The position numbers and the translations under genes are program-made. A DNA stretch of 63,063 nucleotides, counting the filler, from Lenisia limosa (taxonomy: Eukaryota > Protista > Breviatea): the NCBI GenBank assembly GCA_001655205.1. It is 9 parts of 9 records of this genome, joined end to end, with 100 filler letters (N's around TTAATTAATTAA, not from the genome) between each part and the next. Parts side by side here need not be neighbours in the genome. Positions count along the whole stretch, not along the records: positions 7,365 to 35,725 come from LPNZ01004645.1; 8 more parts are not named here. The stretch is one strand, 5' to 3'. Below, piece by piece: positions 12,524 through 26,049 of the stretch. The notes below the pieces were generated by a model, which searched no databases, was not told the DNA's origin, and was given only the letters and a program-made list of their open reading frames with translations. How positions within the stretch are numbered: the stretch's first letter is position 1; each line of letters begins with the position of its first letter.

Positions 12524-13082
12524 TTTACTTCGTGTAAGGTACCAATTCGGCCTTTCCTCTCTTTTTTATTGTTATTTACAAGAGGGAAGGAGAAGTAGAG
12601 GGCTTGCTCGAATAAAAACAGTCTGTTAAATATGCTCTTCAGTTCTTCTTGAGTAATCCTGGTGTACAAGAACACAAGAACGATACAAAATTACAAAATA
12701 CACCTGAAATAATGAAATCGCTGAAAATACACAAAGGACAATAAATCAACACAAGCAATATGATTCTGGGGGAACGCAGAAGAAGTCCTTATCCCCTGGT
12801 GTTTGTGCATTCTTGATTCTTGTAGGATTCTTATTGTTGTTTTGTATATAGATATATAGATATAAAATAATCCAAGGGTAGATTGGGAAGAAAAGAGTCA
12901 CGCGAGGGCAGACCTAGGACAAAGAGGAATTTCAGACAAGTTCAGGCAGGATGGACTTTGGAAGTAGAGAGTCAACCTTGTTGGTCATATTTGGAGTTGT
13001 TTTGAATTTTATACTTGGCACGGTACTCAAGAACCTGGTGCTCCCACAGGTAGGCTTCAGCATTCCCTTTGAGATGTGGATA

Positions 13083-14881
13083 TTATATTACTGGACCCAC
13101 CTCATTGCTGTGTTAGTACATCATCAATCACATTTATAAATGCTGTTCTTATCCTGTATAGGCTGCTGATCCCCCCCATTTAAAAACACTTAAAGATGAA
13201 TTTCAGGAATGTCAGTTGGGATGGCTGTGTTTGCAAAAACACGATTATCTTCTCAGAACCTTGCTTTACCGTATTTATAAAGAAGAACTCTATGATATAT
13301 ATAAGTAAATACGGTAACAGATAAGCGCTGCAGAAAAATACTGTCAACTTTTGGAGAAGCACTTAGGAAATGGGGTAAATCCTGCGTCTTACGTCTAACT
13401 ATACTAACGCTTTTTGGACACGGATTCCCATCTACAATAACTTTATGCTTATTTATCTATCTAATTAACATAAAACCCATGTGTTGAGAATGAAATCTTG
13501 CATCTTCCCTTTCTATGATTTCCAGAGTTGCTTCCTTTCCTTATTCTCAAGGTGAAGCCCTTAAAGTGCAGGATATTAGCCACCCCGCCACATTCATGCG
13601 TGGGGCCCGGGCTGGAAGGAGAGCCGTTGTCCTTGAGAAGGAAATCAAAGCTGAAGGTGGGAAGAGGGGGGAGGGGAATGTCGCTGATGATTTTATTATT
13701 CAATGACACAGGTCAAATTGGAGTTGTGTGTTTTGATCCTCTTTTTTCTCAAGTAATGGTTGTAGAAGGAAAGCTTCTGGAAGGCAAAGTGATTGATAAG
13801 AAGATTCGAAAATACATTAGAGTATGCATGGGTTGCTTTATTCCTTTTTATAATTTGTTTTAATATTTTACTGATTCTGGTCATATATTTTTGGTTGGTT
13901 TGATAGAATACCCTCTGTTCACAATCGGCAAATTTTTTCAAAATTATTAAACATGTGGAAGCCTAAAAGCACAGTATCTGGGAATTTGTCTGAATTGTCT
14001 CGTGATTTCATGAATCGGCACTTGAAGCACATTTCATGTTGTATCAATTATTGATAGGCCTGGGTTGGCGTCTCTGAAGGGAGAGGTCCTTATGCAAATT
14101 GCGAAAGGTTTTAATAAAAACATCTTGGAAAACAAATGTAGTATTCCAGCCTTGGGAACACTGGCCAATATCAGTATCCACAAGTCGCCCCTATTTGTTC
14201 CATAATTGCCTGGTTCTTTCATTGAGTTATTATAAATGCCTCCTTTCTTTTTCAGTATCACAGTTTCATCTTTTGTAACTTTCTTTTGAACCCCCCCCCC
14301 CCGCACCTGTNNNNNNNNNNNNNNNNNNNNNNNNNNNNNNNNNNNNNNNNNNNNNNNNNNNNNNNNNNNNNNNNNNNNNNNNNNNNNNNNNNNNNNNNNN
14401 NNNCGTGCTGCAATACTTCATTCTGGTGTTGGTGGTTTTCTATTTCTGGTCAACACCATTGATAGGTTAGTATGCACGCAGTTTGAGCGAACTAATCTGT
14501 TCAGTGGTCCCATCAGCGTGGATTTGGCCCATGTCAATGGTTCTCCCTTCAGCTGCCATATCGGGGTGGTCGGAAATCGGATGCATCACACTGGTGGTAC
14601 TCACTTTCGTGTCCCTCAAGGCCATTACCAAGGCAATGAAAATAAATTATAAATGACTTTAGCTTTGGGGTGAAATACCTGAATAATACGATTGTATACA
14701 ACACTCTCAACTCACAGTTACACCTTCTACTTAGTGAAGAAATAAACCACTTCGTGAAGAACCTTGTCTTTGAGGCATGTTCTGGGAAAAAGTGAGAATA
14801 TTGTATAACCGATGTTGAAATCATATCACTTACAAAAACAACTTGCTTCACTATTGATTTGATTTCGCTCACCATAAACAT
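13083..14881 (-). CDS. Probable multi-exon gene of unknown function
   Basis: Several open exon-like segments bounded by GT/AG (e.g. YFTPKLKSFIIYFHCLGNGLEGHE; FDFLLKDNGSPSSPGPTHECGG; EFFFINTVKQGSEKIIVFLQ). No family recognised and the model is ambiguous. Confidence 0.4.
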
Positions 14882-14882
14882 T

Positions 14883-17015
14883 TTAGTCCAATCGCACCCC
14901 TTTGATGAGTAATATTTTTGAAGTTATTGAGGCAACCGCAAGGTCATGTCGTGACAATGACTTCTCAAGTCCCTTGAGGATAAAAAGAGAAACTGTTGGG
15001 ATTACCTCATGGCTGAACCTATAGCCTGGTAATGACCGCTGAAGGAAATGCTCCACGCCCTAAAAAAGAATGAAAGAAACAATTGTGGTTTTGATAGGAC
15101 TAATACAGGTGGAAAGATCCCTGTTACATACATCTCGACCCTCTTTGAGAGTAATATAAACTTCTTTGGGCTTCACTCCACGAAGAACCTGGCGGTAAAT
15201 GGGATGACCAAGGGTGTGCCTACATTCCAAACAAGATCAACATGTTCGACATCATAACAAACATCGGCCGCAATGACAACATCGAAGGAGCATTCGCCGC
15301 TGATCTAAGTGATCAGACACTGCAAGGAACCTTTCCATAGCTGAGATGGATGGATGACAAAAGGAAATTAAGGCCCCAACACACCTCTTGTTTAGGCTGG
15401 TACTGTGTCCAGTCAAGCACTTCCATATCCACGTGCCCGCAGTTATTTTCTACCAAGTTGTTCTGCACGGTATCCAAGCACTATGAAGTCGTGAGATGCT
15501 GGAACCGCACTAACCTCCTGAGAAATATCGGTCATCACGAGTTTTGAAGGATGTCGTTGACAAGTAGCAAGGGAGACGCCAACAGCACCGACTCCGCACC
15601 CTAGCTGAAGAGTCACGTGCTATCAAAGATCGTAGACTCTATTGAAATATTGAGTTGACGATGGTGACTTCCAGTGCTAAAACATCCAGTAGACTAACCT
15701 CCAAAATTGACTTGTTTTCAATCAGCTCTGGCCGTGTGGAAAAGTACCTAGTCAGTAAGACAAGCCGATACACATCTGGAATGAGATAGTTATCGACCCA
15801 CACTGCAAGGCCAATTCCACACTCCCAAATACGGAAGCCCATTCCCGTCCCTTCAAGACTGCATCCTTCAAGTCGCACCTGTCTAAATAATAATTACTAG
15901 TAACCATTACAGATGATAACAATACATTGGTAAAGTACTCAAAATGCAAAGTATCCCAAAACCTGAATGAGGAATTGAGAGGGAATGAAATGAAGGTTGG
16001 GAGGATTTTGCTTGAGGCAGACTCTCCAGCACTGCTCGCAATTAAACTGGCAGCAGTGTCAATGATCTGACAAGGTGAGAGGATACTCGAGTAATATTTA
16101 TAATAGATATGATTATTTTGTGTTTTGTTTTCGTTCCCAAAAAAGTCTGAATTTTCTCCATAAATATCGATATTTTACCGTTCTTTTTCGGACCGTAGGG
16201 AAGCCCTATTTACATACATACATACATAATATATATATATAATATATCATAATACAAAAATGCAGATGAGAAAGAAAACATGTTGGAGTAAACGGCCCCA
16301 CAGCTTCGTCTTCAGAGGCTAGCAATAACAAGAGGACGGAGTGTACTGCACGGTCATTAATGCGACTCCCAACGGCCTCACCCCCTACATGATCACTGTT
16401 ATTCCACCAGGCATATTGATCTGATATGACAAGGTATTACGGATTACATTGCTCTTCCGACTTTCTCAAAGTTATTGTTAACGCGAATCCGCGTCAAAAA
16501 ATTCGTACCCCATTTCCTACATTCTTCTCCAAAGTTGTCAGCATTTTTCATCAGCGCTTATCTGCTACAGTACTTATTTATATTACTTCTTTATGATATA
16601 ATATTTATTTAGCAATGAGAGATAAAAATAAAGATGTATCTGGTCGAAGTTGTCCACCACTATCACGCATCATATCTATACTATATCATATTATGAGTAA
16701 TACTATCTTCATATATCATATACTAAATAATACCCCCCAAAAAAAACGGTGATACAAAATATTAAGAAATCACCAACCTGGTTCTTGTGATAGCTCATAT
16801 AGGGTTCTCAGCGCTGCTTCACGGGTACTCTTGTCATATAGCCTATCAATGGCTACATCAGCAATCTGCTCTGTCAGTGGCCTCCCGAATGCAACCTTTT
16901 AAAAATGCTCTGACACATAAAGTTATTGGTATCAGATAACTAATAGCAAAGGCCAACATAAAGCCAACCAACAAACCTCAATGAGCCCTAAATTATCGTC
17001 ACTTTCAAATGTCAT
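14883..17015 (-). CDS. Class I SAM-dependent lysine methyltransferase (Methyltransf_16; EEF2KMT/METTL21-like), multi-exon
   Basis: Exons GTGMGFRIWECGIGLA, PELIENKSILE-LGCGVGAVG (motif I), LVMTDISQE, LDTVQNNLVEN, EVLDW, FDVVIAADVCYDVEH. Upstream exons (MTFESDDNLGLIE-VAFGRPLTEQIADVAIDRLYDK) and the 3' end are less certain. Confidence 0.8.
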
Positions 17016-17246
17016 GTAATGTTGGGGGGGGGGGGAGAGAGGATTTTGAAAATAAAATAGATAAAGCAGCAAAGCTCGAAAGCAGCCCACAAATAACAAG
17101 AGCAGAGACAGAGAGAGAGAGAGACAAAGCACCAAACCTGGTTTGAATAAGGAATATGAACTGCAACTTCCGACAACTTCCGATTTTTCAGCCACAAAAA
17201 AGTAACCAACCAGAAGTAACCCTTTTTCCTTTTTTGTGAAGAGACA

Positions 17247-19092
17247 ATGACGGAAAAGAAACTAATTGCCCCTGGCTCAAATGAGTACTTTGCCAACTGT
17301 GCTGTTGGAGGCATCCTGTCATGTGGTATCACCCATACTGCCATTACTCCTCTTGATTTGATGAAATGCCGTCTTCAAACCAATCCTACCATGTACAAGT
17401 CCATTTTCGATGGATTCAGAACTGTTGGAAAGGCTGAAGGCCTTGGTGGTCTTTTCCTGGTGGGTATAGGCTGCACTATCCTTGGTTGATTTCATTTGAG
17501 CAGTTTTTATTTCAAGGATTTCTTTCTTTGAAGGTTGATCCCTTCAGGGTTTCGCTCCCACTGCCTTTGGTTACTCTGCTCAAGGTCTTTTCAAAGTTTG
17601 GGGGCTATTTAGTGAGGAATAACTGCTTTTGCTCGATATCACCACCTTCTTCTGCAGATTTCCAGGGTTCTAATCGTCATTATGTTCATCCTCTTTCTAA
17701 CCGCCCAGTTTGGGCTCTATGAACTTTTCAAGCAAAAGTACAGCGACGCTCTTGGTGAGAAGACCGCCTTCAAGTACCGCACTTCTGTCTACCTCGCTGC
17801 TTCGTGGGGAGGGGGCTTTTCTTTTCTCGCCAAGGTCTTCTTGACTGTTTAGCGCGTCTGCCGAATTCTTTGCTGATGTTGCTCTTGCTCCTTTCGAGGC
17901 TGCCAAGGTATGCTTAGGATAGTAATTTGACATATCCACCAGTTAGTTTTATTAGTCCTGGAAAGGGATTGATAGCGTCATATGTAGTCAATACTAATAT
18001 GCATACTGACCGTGGTATATCTTGACCGATTTTCCTTAGAGATATATACAAATGATGATTATATCGGAAAAGAGTTGCCACTGTCGCTATATGTGGCAAC
18101 TTATTGTTTATTTCTCATTGCTATATATATGTGGCAATTGAGTAGTCTGATAAAATTAGGTTGAACAAGGGATACTAATACTATCTTCAGTTCCTGCAGC
18201 TGATACCCTAGGTTCGTATGCAAACCCAGCCGGGCTTTGCCAGATCCATGATGCCCGCCATGAGCTCTATGTACAAATCCGAAGGTATTGCTGCGTATGC
18301 GGTTGAGGTTATATGATACCATTATCCACAACATGTCGTAAGTAAGAAACCAGTTAATCAGGTTGTATTATTTAATCCCCAATTTTTCGGGTCTTTATCG
18401 GTTATAATCAATCAGTTTTTCTGCAAAAATCCTGCTTCAACTCTCAGGATAGTATAAAATTGTATCCCACCATATTTACTTCTTGAAAACCCACTCATGT
18501 ATTGTTTGTTATCGAGGGCTGACCATCCAGATTCTACAAGGGCCTTGTTCCTCTTTGGATGCGTCAAATCCCCTACACCATGATGAAATTCTCATGCTTC
18601 GAGCGAACTGTTGAGGCTATCTACAAGGTCAGATCTGGACTAACCAATGATAGGGAAGTCGCTTTCTTCCATTTGAAGATGTAACTCCGCCAGGTTATCC
18701 CCAAGCCTAAGGCTGAGTGCACCAAAACTGAGAAGCTTGGTGTCACTTTTCTTGCCGGTTACATTGCTGGTGTCTTCTGTGCCATCGTCTCCCACCCTGC
18801 CGACACTCTCGTCTCCAAAATGAACAGGTATGTACCTACCTTCTTGCATGCATACATATGACTCTTTTGCCTCGCTCATGTCCATCCACATGATTTTTTA
18901 CCGAACCCTGCTAAACACGGCAGCAACAAGGGAGCCGGAGCAATGACCATCCTCAAGGACCTCGGCGTCCGTGGCGTGTGGGTTGGACTTGTGCCGCGTA
19001 TTGTGATGATTGGTACCCTCACCGGACTGCAATGGTTCATCTACGACGGGTTCAAGACTGCCCGAGGCCTTCAGACTTCCGGCGGCAAGTAG
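17247..19092 (+). CDS. SLC25A3: Mitochondrial phosphate carrier (SLC25A3/MIR1 family), 8 exons
   Basis: [160 protein letters not shown]. Three PX[DE]XX[KR] carrier signatures. Confidence 0.96.
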
Positions 19093-19789
19093 AGCTAAAG
19101 CTAGCTCTCCATGTTTTTTTGTGTTTTCCTTTTTTCTTAGTAGTTATACAGTATATTTCCTAAGCCCTCATTTCTGCCTCCATTTTGGTGAAATATGTTC
19201 ACAATTTTAGCCACTCACATGTGACTGTTTTTTTTTTTGCTCAAAGAATTGTCATGACTTTGATAAGTCACATTTTCAAAAACTGAAGCTTTGAGAAATG
19301 TCATGCTTTGAAACGAAACCTGCTGGAAAACTGTGAAGCTTGAGGGAATATGCAACTTCCACCAAGATTAGAATAAGTGACACATTGACCTAGTGTTGCT
19401 CCGAGCCAATATTATCTGTTTTTGGCTGAATTGTGGAAACACCCAAGTTCACTGTACCAGTCTGATCAACAAAAAAAGTCTGATCAACTCAAGAACTCGC
19501 CCTCTCTGATCAACTGATAATAAGAGTAAGAGGCAAGTAAGAAGACGGTCACTTTCATTTCCGTTTCCGTTACCAATATTGGGCAGAAGGCTTCTCCTTC
19601 ACCTTCTACTTGCTCTTCTAGAACATAAACGTAAGTTGTTACTAAGTTACGCCCAATTTTCCTTCTCATGCTATTCTGTCCATTCGCCCATCCGTTTTGG
19701 TAATCCAATTTGAAAGGGACAGGGTTTTGTCAACTTTTCTTCCTTAACCCATCATATTTCAAGTTTAACAACAATCTATTATTTAGGGA

Positions 19790-21070
19790 ATGATCATTTC
19801 CACTGGGGTCTTAAAGCTCACCCTTGGTGCAATTGGAGGCTTGCTCCTTCTGTATTCTTACATTCCTCAAAGTAGGAATCAAATATGATATCTTTGAAAC
19901 ACTAACTTCTAGTATGGCTAAATTATAAGACAAGAAGTTGTCAAGGAGTGTCAATTTCAGCTCTAATTCTGTAAGTGGATATTTTGTAATGTTTACCTTT
20001 AGATGGCTATCTTGCGACTGCAGTTTCTTTGCTTATGCATGGTACAAGGTATTTACATATGCAAAAACTCATGCATGCAGGAGTTGCCTATAACAGTTCC
20101 AATTGACAGTCTTCTTGTGTGCGTCTGTTTAGTCGTCATGTTTGTCCAAAGCCTTCATTATTACAGGTAATCGTTAGAAGACAGCTTGAGTAATGTCAAA
20201 TGTTGTTTAATGCTGGTTTAGACTATTTCCACCTCGTCGAACATTTATGTCTCTGGGTGTCATTTTTATGGCTTGTACAAGCTTCACCATTATGACTTTT
20301 GTCATTTTAGAGGTTTGCTTTTTGTGACTTTTGATCAGAATCAGTTTCAAATAACTATGTATATGATCAATTAATTCTTGAAGGTGTCAGAGGCAGATGG
20401 ATGGGAATGGGTTCATCCCACAATTGGACTGTACCCTACATTCATCTTATTCATTGGTTTTGTTCCTCAGTTCGTCAAAATGCACAGTTAGTCATATAGC
20501 CAGCTTAAGTTATCATTTAGAGCAAAAGGCTAACCTTGGTTTCTCGGTGTGGATGCTGATCATCCAAATCATCGGCTCAGCCCTGGTCATTATTGCCCTT
20601 AGCTTGCACCACACCTTAGATACTGTTGGTTGAGGAGAGAGCTTTACAGATTGTTGCAATTGGTGCTTCCGACTAAATAAACTTTGTGAACAGTTTCCCT
20701 CTTATACCGTGAACATCATTAAAAAAACCATTGGAAAATATGAAATAGTATCCAAATGTGGGTTTAGTGTCGGAAGCATATACTTAAACAGTGAAGAAGT
20801 GCATTTTAGTTACTTTGTTTGATCAAGACTTAGCCCGCAATAGCACTCAACACAGTTATGCTGATATGCTGCGCTTACGCTTTGATGATCACGAAAATTT
20901 ACGGTGTCCATATCCCACAGTCCTTGATTGTGGCCCAAGAAGAAGACAATATGATGAGGATGAAAATGGCAAGGTTTGTGCTCAGTTATTGAACTCTTAT
21001 AATTTATAGTGTGGAATCTATGGCATCAGTGCATTTAGACAACTTATAGATTACTATTGTGAAATATAAC
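19790..21070 (+). CDS. PQ-loop repeat membrane protein (PQLC2/cystinosin-like), multi-exon
   Basis: LGAIGGLLLLYSYIPQ-IWLNYKTRSCQGVSISALIL-WLSCD (first PQ loop) and TFILFIGFVPQ..KANLGFSVWMLIIQIIGS (second PQ loop), with hydrophobic helices between. Start and end approximate. Confidence 0.78.
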
Positions 21071-21129
21071 ACATTGAGACCTCAAATTGTTTCAAAAACT
21101 CTATCATATCTAATATACACACAATGACT

Positions 21130-24100
21130 ATTGTCCGTTAATTTGGTTTTCATTTCTCCCCAAAGGCAAACCAGAAGGCTTCTTCCAGCTTTTCACAGAC
21201 TCTACATAATTAACACGGGGAAAAGGTAAAGCTAACCAGTGTTAGGCTTTGTAATAGCCTCGATTTTTGATGCGGACTTTGTCTTAGGTCTCGGCGTTCC
21301 AATACCCAAGGACCTTACGTCGTTGAGGGTAATGTTCTTGGGCATTCTTCTGACTGGCTTCGACAGAACCGTTATGAGGTTGAGGTCCTCCTTTCTTCTA
21401 GGTTAGTCATGAAGAATATTGACTCCTAAGTGTTTCCAAATAGTGACACCTTCAAAATAACCTAGCATACTCATCCTTATCAAGTGCCAGGGTGGGGTCA
21501 TGCATTTTTTGATAGCTCTCAGCAATTTGGTCACAGTCTGTAATGTTATGGAATAATAACAAGTGATATTGGTAATAAAATTTAAATACTATATCAAATA
21601 ATATCAAACCTTTATCTCGAATCATGAGAGAAGTGTCAAGATTCCTAAAGTGTCAAATTCAAGGTTAAAGAAAGCAATATTTGATTATGATATGGAGATT
21701 TTGCCTGATACTCTTCTTGGCCAGCATCAGTTGACACTTCCTCTTGTTTTTCAGACAGAATGGTTTCAAACGGTGTTCTAAATGGTGAGGTTGTATTATA
21801 CACATTTAGTATTTAATACATACCTTCTTAAAGGAGTTGGTCTTCTCAGAACCAAGTCACCATTATTTCGTGTGGGGGTCTTGGCAATTGGAACAAATTG
21901 AGGCTGCCCTTCCAAAGAAACAGTGACCACACTGTCAGTTTCCATTTTGTCATCAAGGAAGTCAGTCACATTCACTGTCGGCTCATTGTCCTCAAAGGGC
22001 ACTTGTTCTAAACAATTAGAAGGTGAAATAGCCCACCTGAATATGAAAAGGTCGGAGACGTCTTGTCACTTTGGCTTAATTGAACTGGTTGGGGACCTTG
22101 TGGTGATGGGACCTATTAGAAGTTAGTCATCAGGCAGGCTGGTTCTGTCATTGATTTGAATGTTTGTCTTATTATAAGCAATTTGGTCTTGGATGGTAAT
22201 ATCATGCTTACGGCTGCAGTCGACGGGGCTTTGGATGGGCAGAGCGGTTTAAACTTTGCTGGAGACACTGGCTTTCGAACAGCCTTGCTCATTTGACGGG
22301 CTTTCTCCTCAGTAGCTTCACAAGCAACCTCAAAAGGAACTAGGGTTGTGAAAAGAGAGCAAAACACCATAAAAATTAACCAACTTTCAATTTGATAACA
22401 ATAATGATCAGGTTTGTGATGAGGATTCGCCTTATGACAATCTTCACAGCAGTCAAAATCCTGAATAACAGTCAATCTGTTTCACCCATTGGTATACTCA
22501 CGTCACAGTCACGACATTTGTACCTTGTGCCAGTCACTGGTTCCACATTGCAAACGTCACATATAACATCATGATGGATGTCTGAATGTTATGAATTGGA
22601 TATATCCAGAACGCGTACTCTTTCCTTCTCTAATTCTGTATGTCTTATCTTTGCTCCATTTAGCTCTAGGCGCCCTGCTTGTGCTTCGTCTTCCTTTCTG
22701 AAATATCACCGCTTCAACACTGAAACACTTACAATTTTTGTTCCAGATTTTGAAGGGCAAGATGAAGCTCTTGGCTCAACACTTTGTCTAAATGATAAGT
22801 AGAAGAGTCAACATTTACACCAATACCTTGAGAGTACGCTGATATTGTACGTTTGGACAGGAGTCCGGTTCCTTTTGCTTCTTCGGCGAGGAGGGGAAGT
22901 GCATGTTTCTGAAGGAGCCACAGAGTTAGTTCGATGTGGAAGTGGGCTTGTTGGGCGGAGTAGCTTTACAAACGATATGCCAGGTTCACTGTCGGACATC
23001 TCGGCATTTGGGGTGACCAGCTCATCTTTCGACTTGTATTCAAAGGTGTTGGTCTCAAAACAACCAATGAGGGAAGGAACAATGTCAGAGCAATCGGACT
23101 GAGTTTCGTCGAAGTCCAAGGATGGTGTTGGTTTTTTCGGTCTGGGTGGAGGATCGTCAAGGGATGCCCAAATGTCACAAGTTGAAGTCAAGTTCTTGGT
23201 GATTTCCTCTTCATCATCTGATTTGAGCCCGATATTAGAGGATATCTTGGCATGAATCTTTTTTGGAGAGAAGTCATTCTCGTCAATCATTGTTTGAATC
23301 ACGTCAGCAACCTCCTTATGAAGTTCTTGGGTCAGAGAAGAGGTCTCATCGACTTCGTCATGGATAAAAGGTTTAATCACAGTCTGTTCAGTGGGGGCAC
23401 ATGATTTTGAGGGAGCTTTCTTGGGGATTGGAGTACAAGCAGTTTTTGTCAGTTCCGGCTGTGATGCAGGAACCGCCAGCTCTGACTTTAAGGGTCCCTG
23501 CAACATGGCCGTGGAGAACGGTGATTGAATATCGTCAATATCACTTGTCAGTCGAACATTGCCAACAGTTCTTTAAGATTATTTAACATTTGTATTGCAG
23601 ATATTTGAATAATACTAGTATGATATATATATGCATATATATATATATATCATATATACATACATATTAAATGCCTAGTGCAAGTATTAAGAAACATCCA
23701 AATTAGATTCCATACCTTCGTTTTGCAACAGGTTTGTTGGTAATGGGTCTCATTGGGAGAGCTTTTCTTTTAATTAGATCAACTTTCACCGCCCTGATGT
23801 AATGTAAGTCACCGAGATGTGAAAATTACACAAAAAATATCAGAAGTACAAAACACTTTAATGAATGTAGTTCTCACTTTAAACTGAAGGATGAGACGGA
23901 AAATTTCAATAATTTCTAAATAAGTATCAATCTTTTACCGGTTATTTTCGGACTGGAGTGAATTCCTATCATACCTGACGGGCGGTGCGCGCTTTTTTGG
24001 AGTTTTGGCTTTGGTCAAGGAGACAGGAGACATGGATCGCTTAGATCTGGGAGGAAACTCAAACATTGACATCGGGGATGCGCGAAGTGATGACAACGTT

Positions 24101-25715
24101 GGTGGTGCAGTTGGTGGAGTGTTGTCAACCTGGCGCTGGCCTGGCCTTGCCGGGGTGGATGTGACAGCCACACTGACTGGAGAGGCAGGGTTGTACTGTA
24201 TCAGAGCGTCTTTCATGGAAAAAGGTGTCTCCATTTCAATGCTTTCTGGTGAATTGGTTGCGGTCTTTGTAGGCGTCTTTAAGGCAGAGGGGACTTCTGA
24301 TGTCCGGTTGGGTGTCTCAATGACAATGCAACCCTTATGAGGTGTCACTAGATTAGCATCATGACATTCTTGTTCGTCAAGCTCAGCAGTTTTGTCTCGC
24401 GAGTATTCTTGAGTTGGGTTGGAAATGTCATCATCGCTACTGAGTTCAATTGCCTCGCTTTTGGGGAAAAGGCATTTTCTTGTAGACGGTGATTCAACCG
24501 GTTGTTGTGTGGCCATAGCAACAGGGGACGAGCATTGGGGACTCTGGTAAATGATGGACGGAATATTGTTACATTTTTAATCAAAATCTGATATACTTGT
24601 AGTAGAAAACCATATCATATACTCAGCATATTGTTTCACTCTGGAAAATAGAAGTGTTCCGATTGTCATACTTGAGCTTTTGGTTCAGGAGACGGGGTTG
24701 ACGGTTGAATAGTTGACTGTTTCTCTGTAAGAGGAAGGGTTTCTAAATCTTCAAATTTGAGCATTTTTGAGTTTGTTAAAGGTCAAGCAGCACCTACCAT
24801 CAACTTCTTGTGAAGAAATTTGTGGAAGAGGTGACTCGTTCTCAAAATTAACATCCAATGTGGATGCCAATATTTCTCTCCTTAAAACAGATGGACGAGG
24901 GGATTTGCCCCAATTCTTCAAACCTAGAATGTCAAAATCTGTGCATTCAAACCTTCCTCTTTCGTTTTCTTGTCAGTTCGAGGTGGAGTTATAAACGTGA
25001 CACCAGGTGAGTGACTTTCCGACAATTTTCGACCCATTCGCTGATTGGCCACTTTGAGACTTATGTTTTCCATTTCTTTTTCAAGAAGTTGCTAAATGTT
25101 TTAAAGTCGTTAAGCTCGAAAATGACCCCCCCCCCCTCCTCCCCACCCGCGCNNNNNNNNNNNNNNNNNNNNNNNNNNNNNNNNNNNNNNNNNNNNNNNN
25201 NNNNNNNNNNNNNNNNNNNNCCTTTTGCATTGTTCTGTTGAACTCTAACACTTCCATATTAAGTTTTTGGGTCTAGATTTTATATAAAATTTTTTTGAAA
25301 ATAGTTACCTCAAGCATTTTTTTCATTAGCTGGTTGTTTTGGTCAATATGCTCTCGTCGTTCTAAACAATTGGTTATTATTTCCCAGAATTCCCATAAAT
25401 TATTAAACACCAACCCATTTCTCTTGATTTTCGTTGTCGTGCAAGTTCATTCATGACATCATGACAGTACTTTTTCATTTTATTGTGAAGCTAAATGTTA
25501 AGTCAAAACATTGAAGTCGTAAATTGGCAAACTTCTACCAGCTCTAAGCATTTGCGGTTTTGACAGGTCACAACATATGGGCTTGGTGCTCGAGGCTGAT
25601 TAGCTATGTTCTCATCTTTGACTTTATGCTTTACAACAGAAGGAGATGCCACTCTAGGTGGCTTTCGTTCATTTGCTTTGAATAGTCGATCGACTTCTGG
25701 CAAACTATTTGCCAT
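21130..25715 (-). CDS. Large low-complexity Ser/Thr/Pro-rich protein of unknown function, multi-exon
   Basis: Long open exons 23935-24516, 22808-23506, 22116-22475, 21796-22002, 24760-25000 and 25503-25715 on one strand with GT/AG boundaries. Many S/T-P motifs; no globular domain recognised. Confidence 0.6.
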
Positions 25716-26049
25716 ATTGAAAGTTGTAAAATTTGGTCAGGATCCAAGCGGCAATTGTAGAAATATGGAGATTCGTAAAGCTTGAAGCTGACACTATTCT
25801 TTTCTGATATTCTTTAATACTATTGAAGGTGAGAAAGATACAAGAAGAGGCAATGAAAGCAGAGAATAGATGTCATTCAACGGAAATTATTTAATTCTCC
25901 ATCCGAGATCATTCACCAAAAAAACAAGTGAGGAGAGGAGGGACGAATTGAGGACGAATACTTGAATACGTGTTATTTGTTAAGGAAGTATATTTAGTGT
26001 CTCGATAAAAAAGTCTTCATTTAGACTCTGCAAATTTCTGTGAAGGAGA

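Noticed and set aside
12975-13110. Apparent in-frame TAA (..GPVI*YPHLKGNAEAYLWEH..) suggesting a TAA=Gln genetic code
   Set aside because: The carrier and CYB5D1 end at TAG, and ELMOD, TRM5 and the secreted protein end at TAA, at expected C-termini. The standard code fits, and TAA is a plausible stop here.
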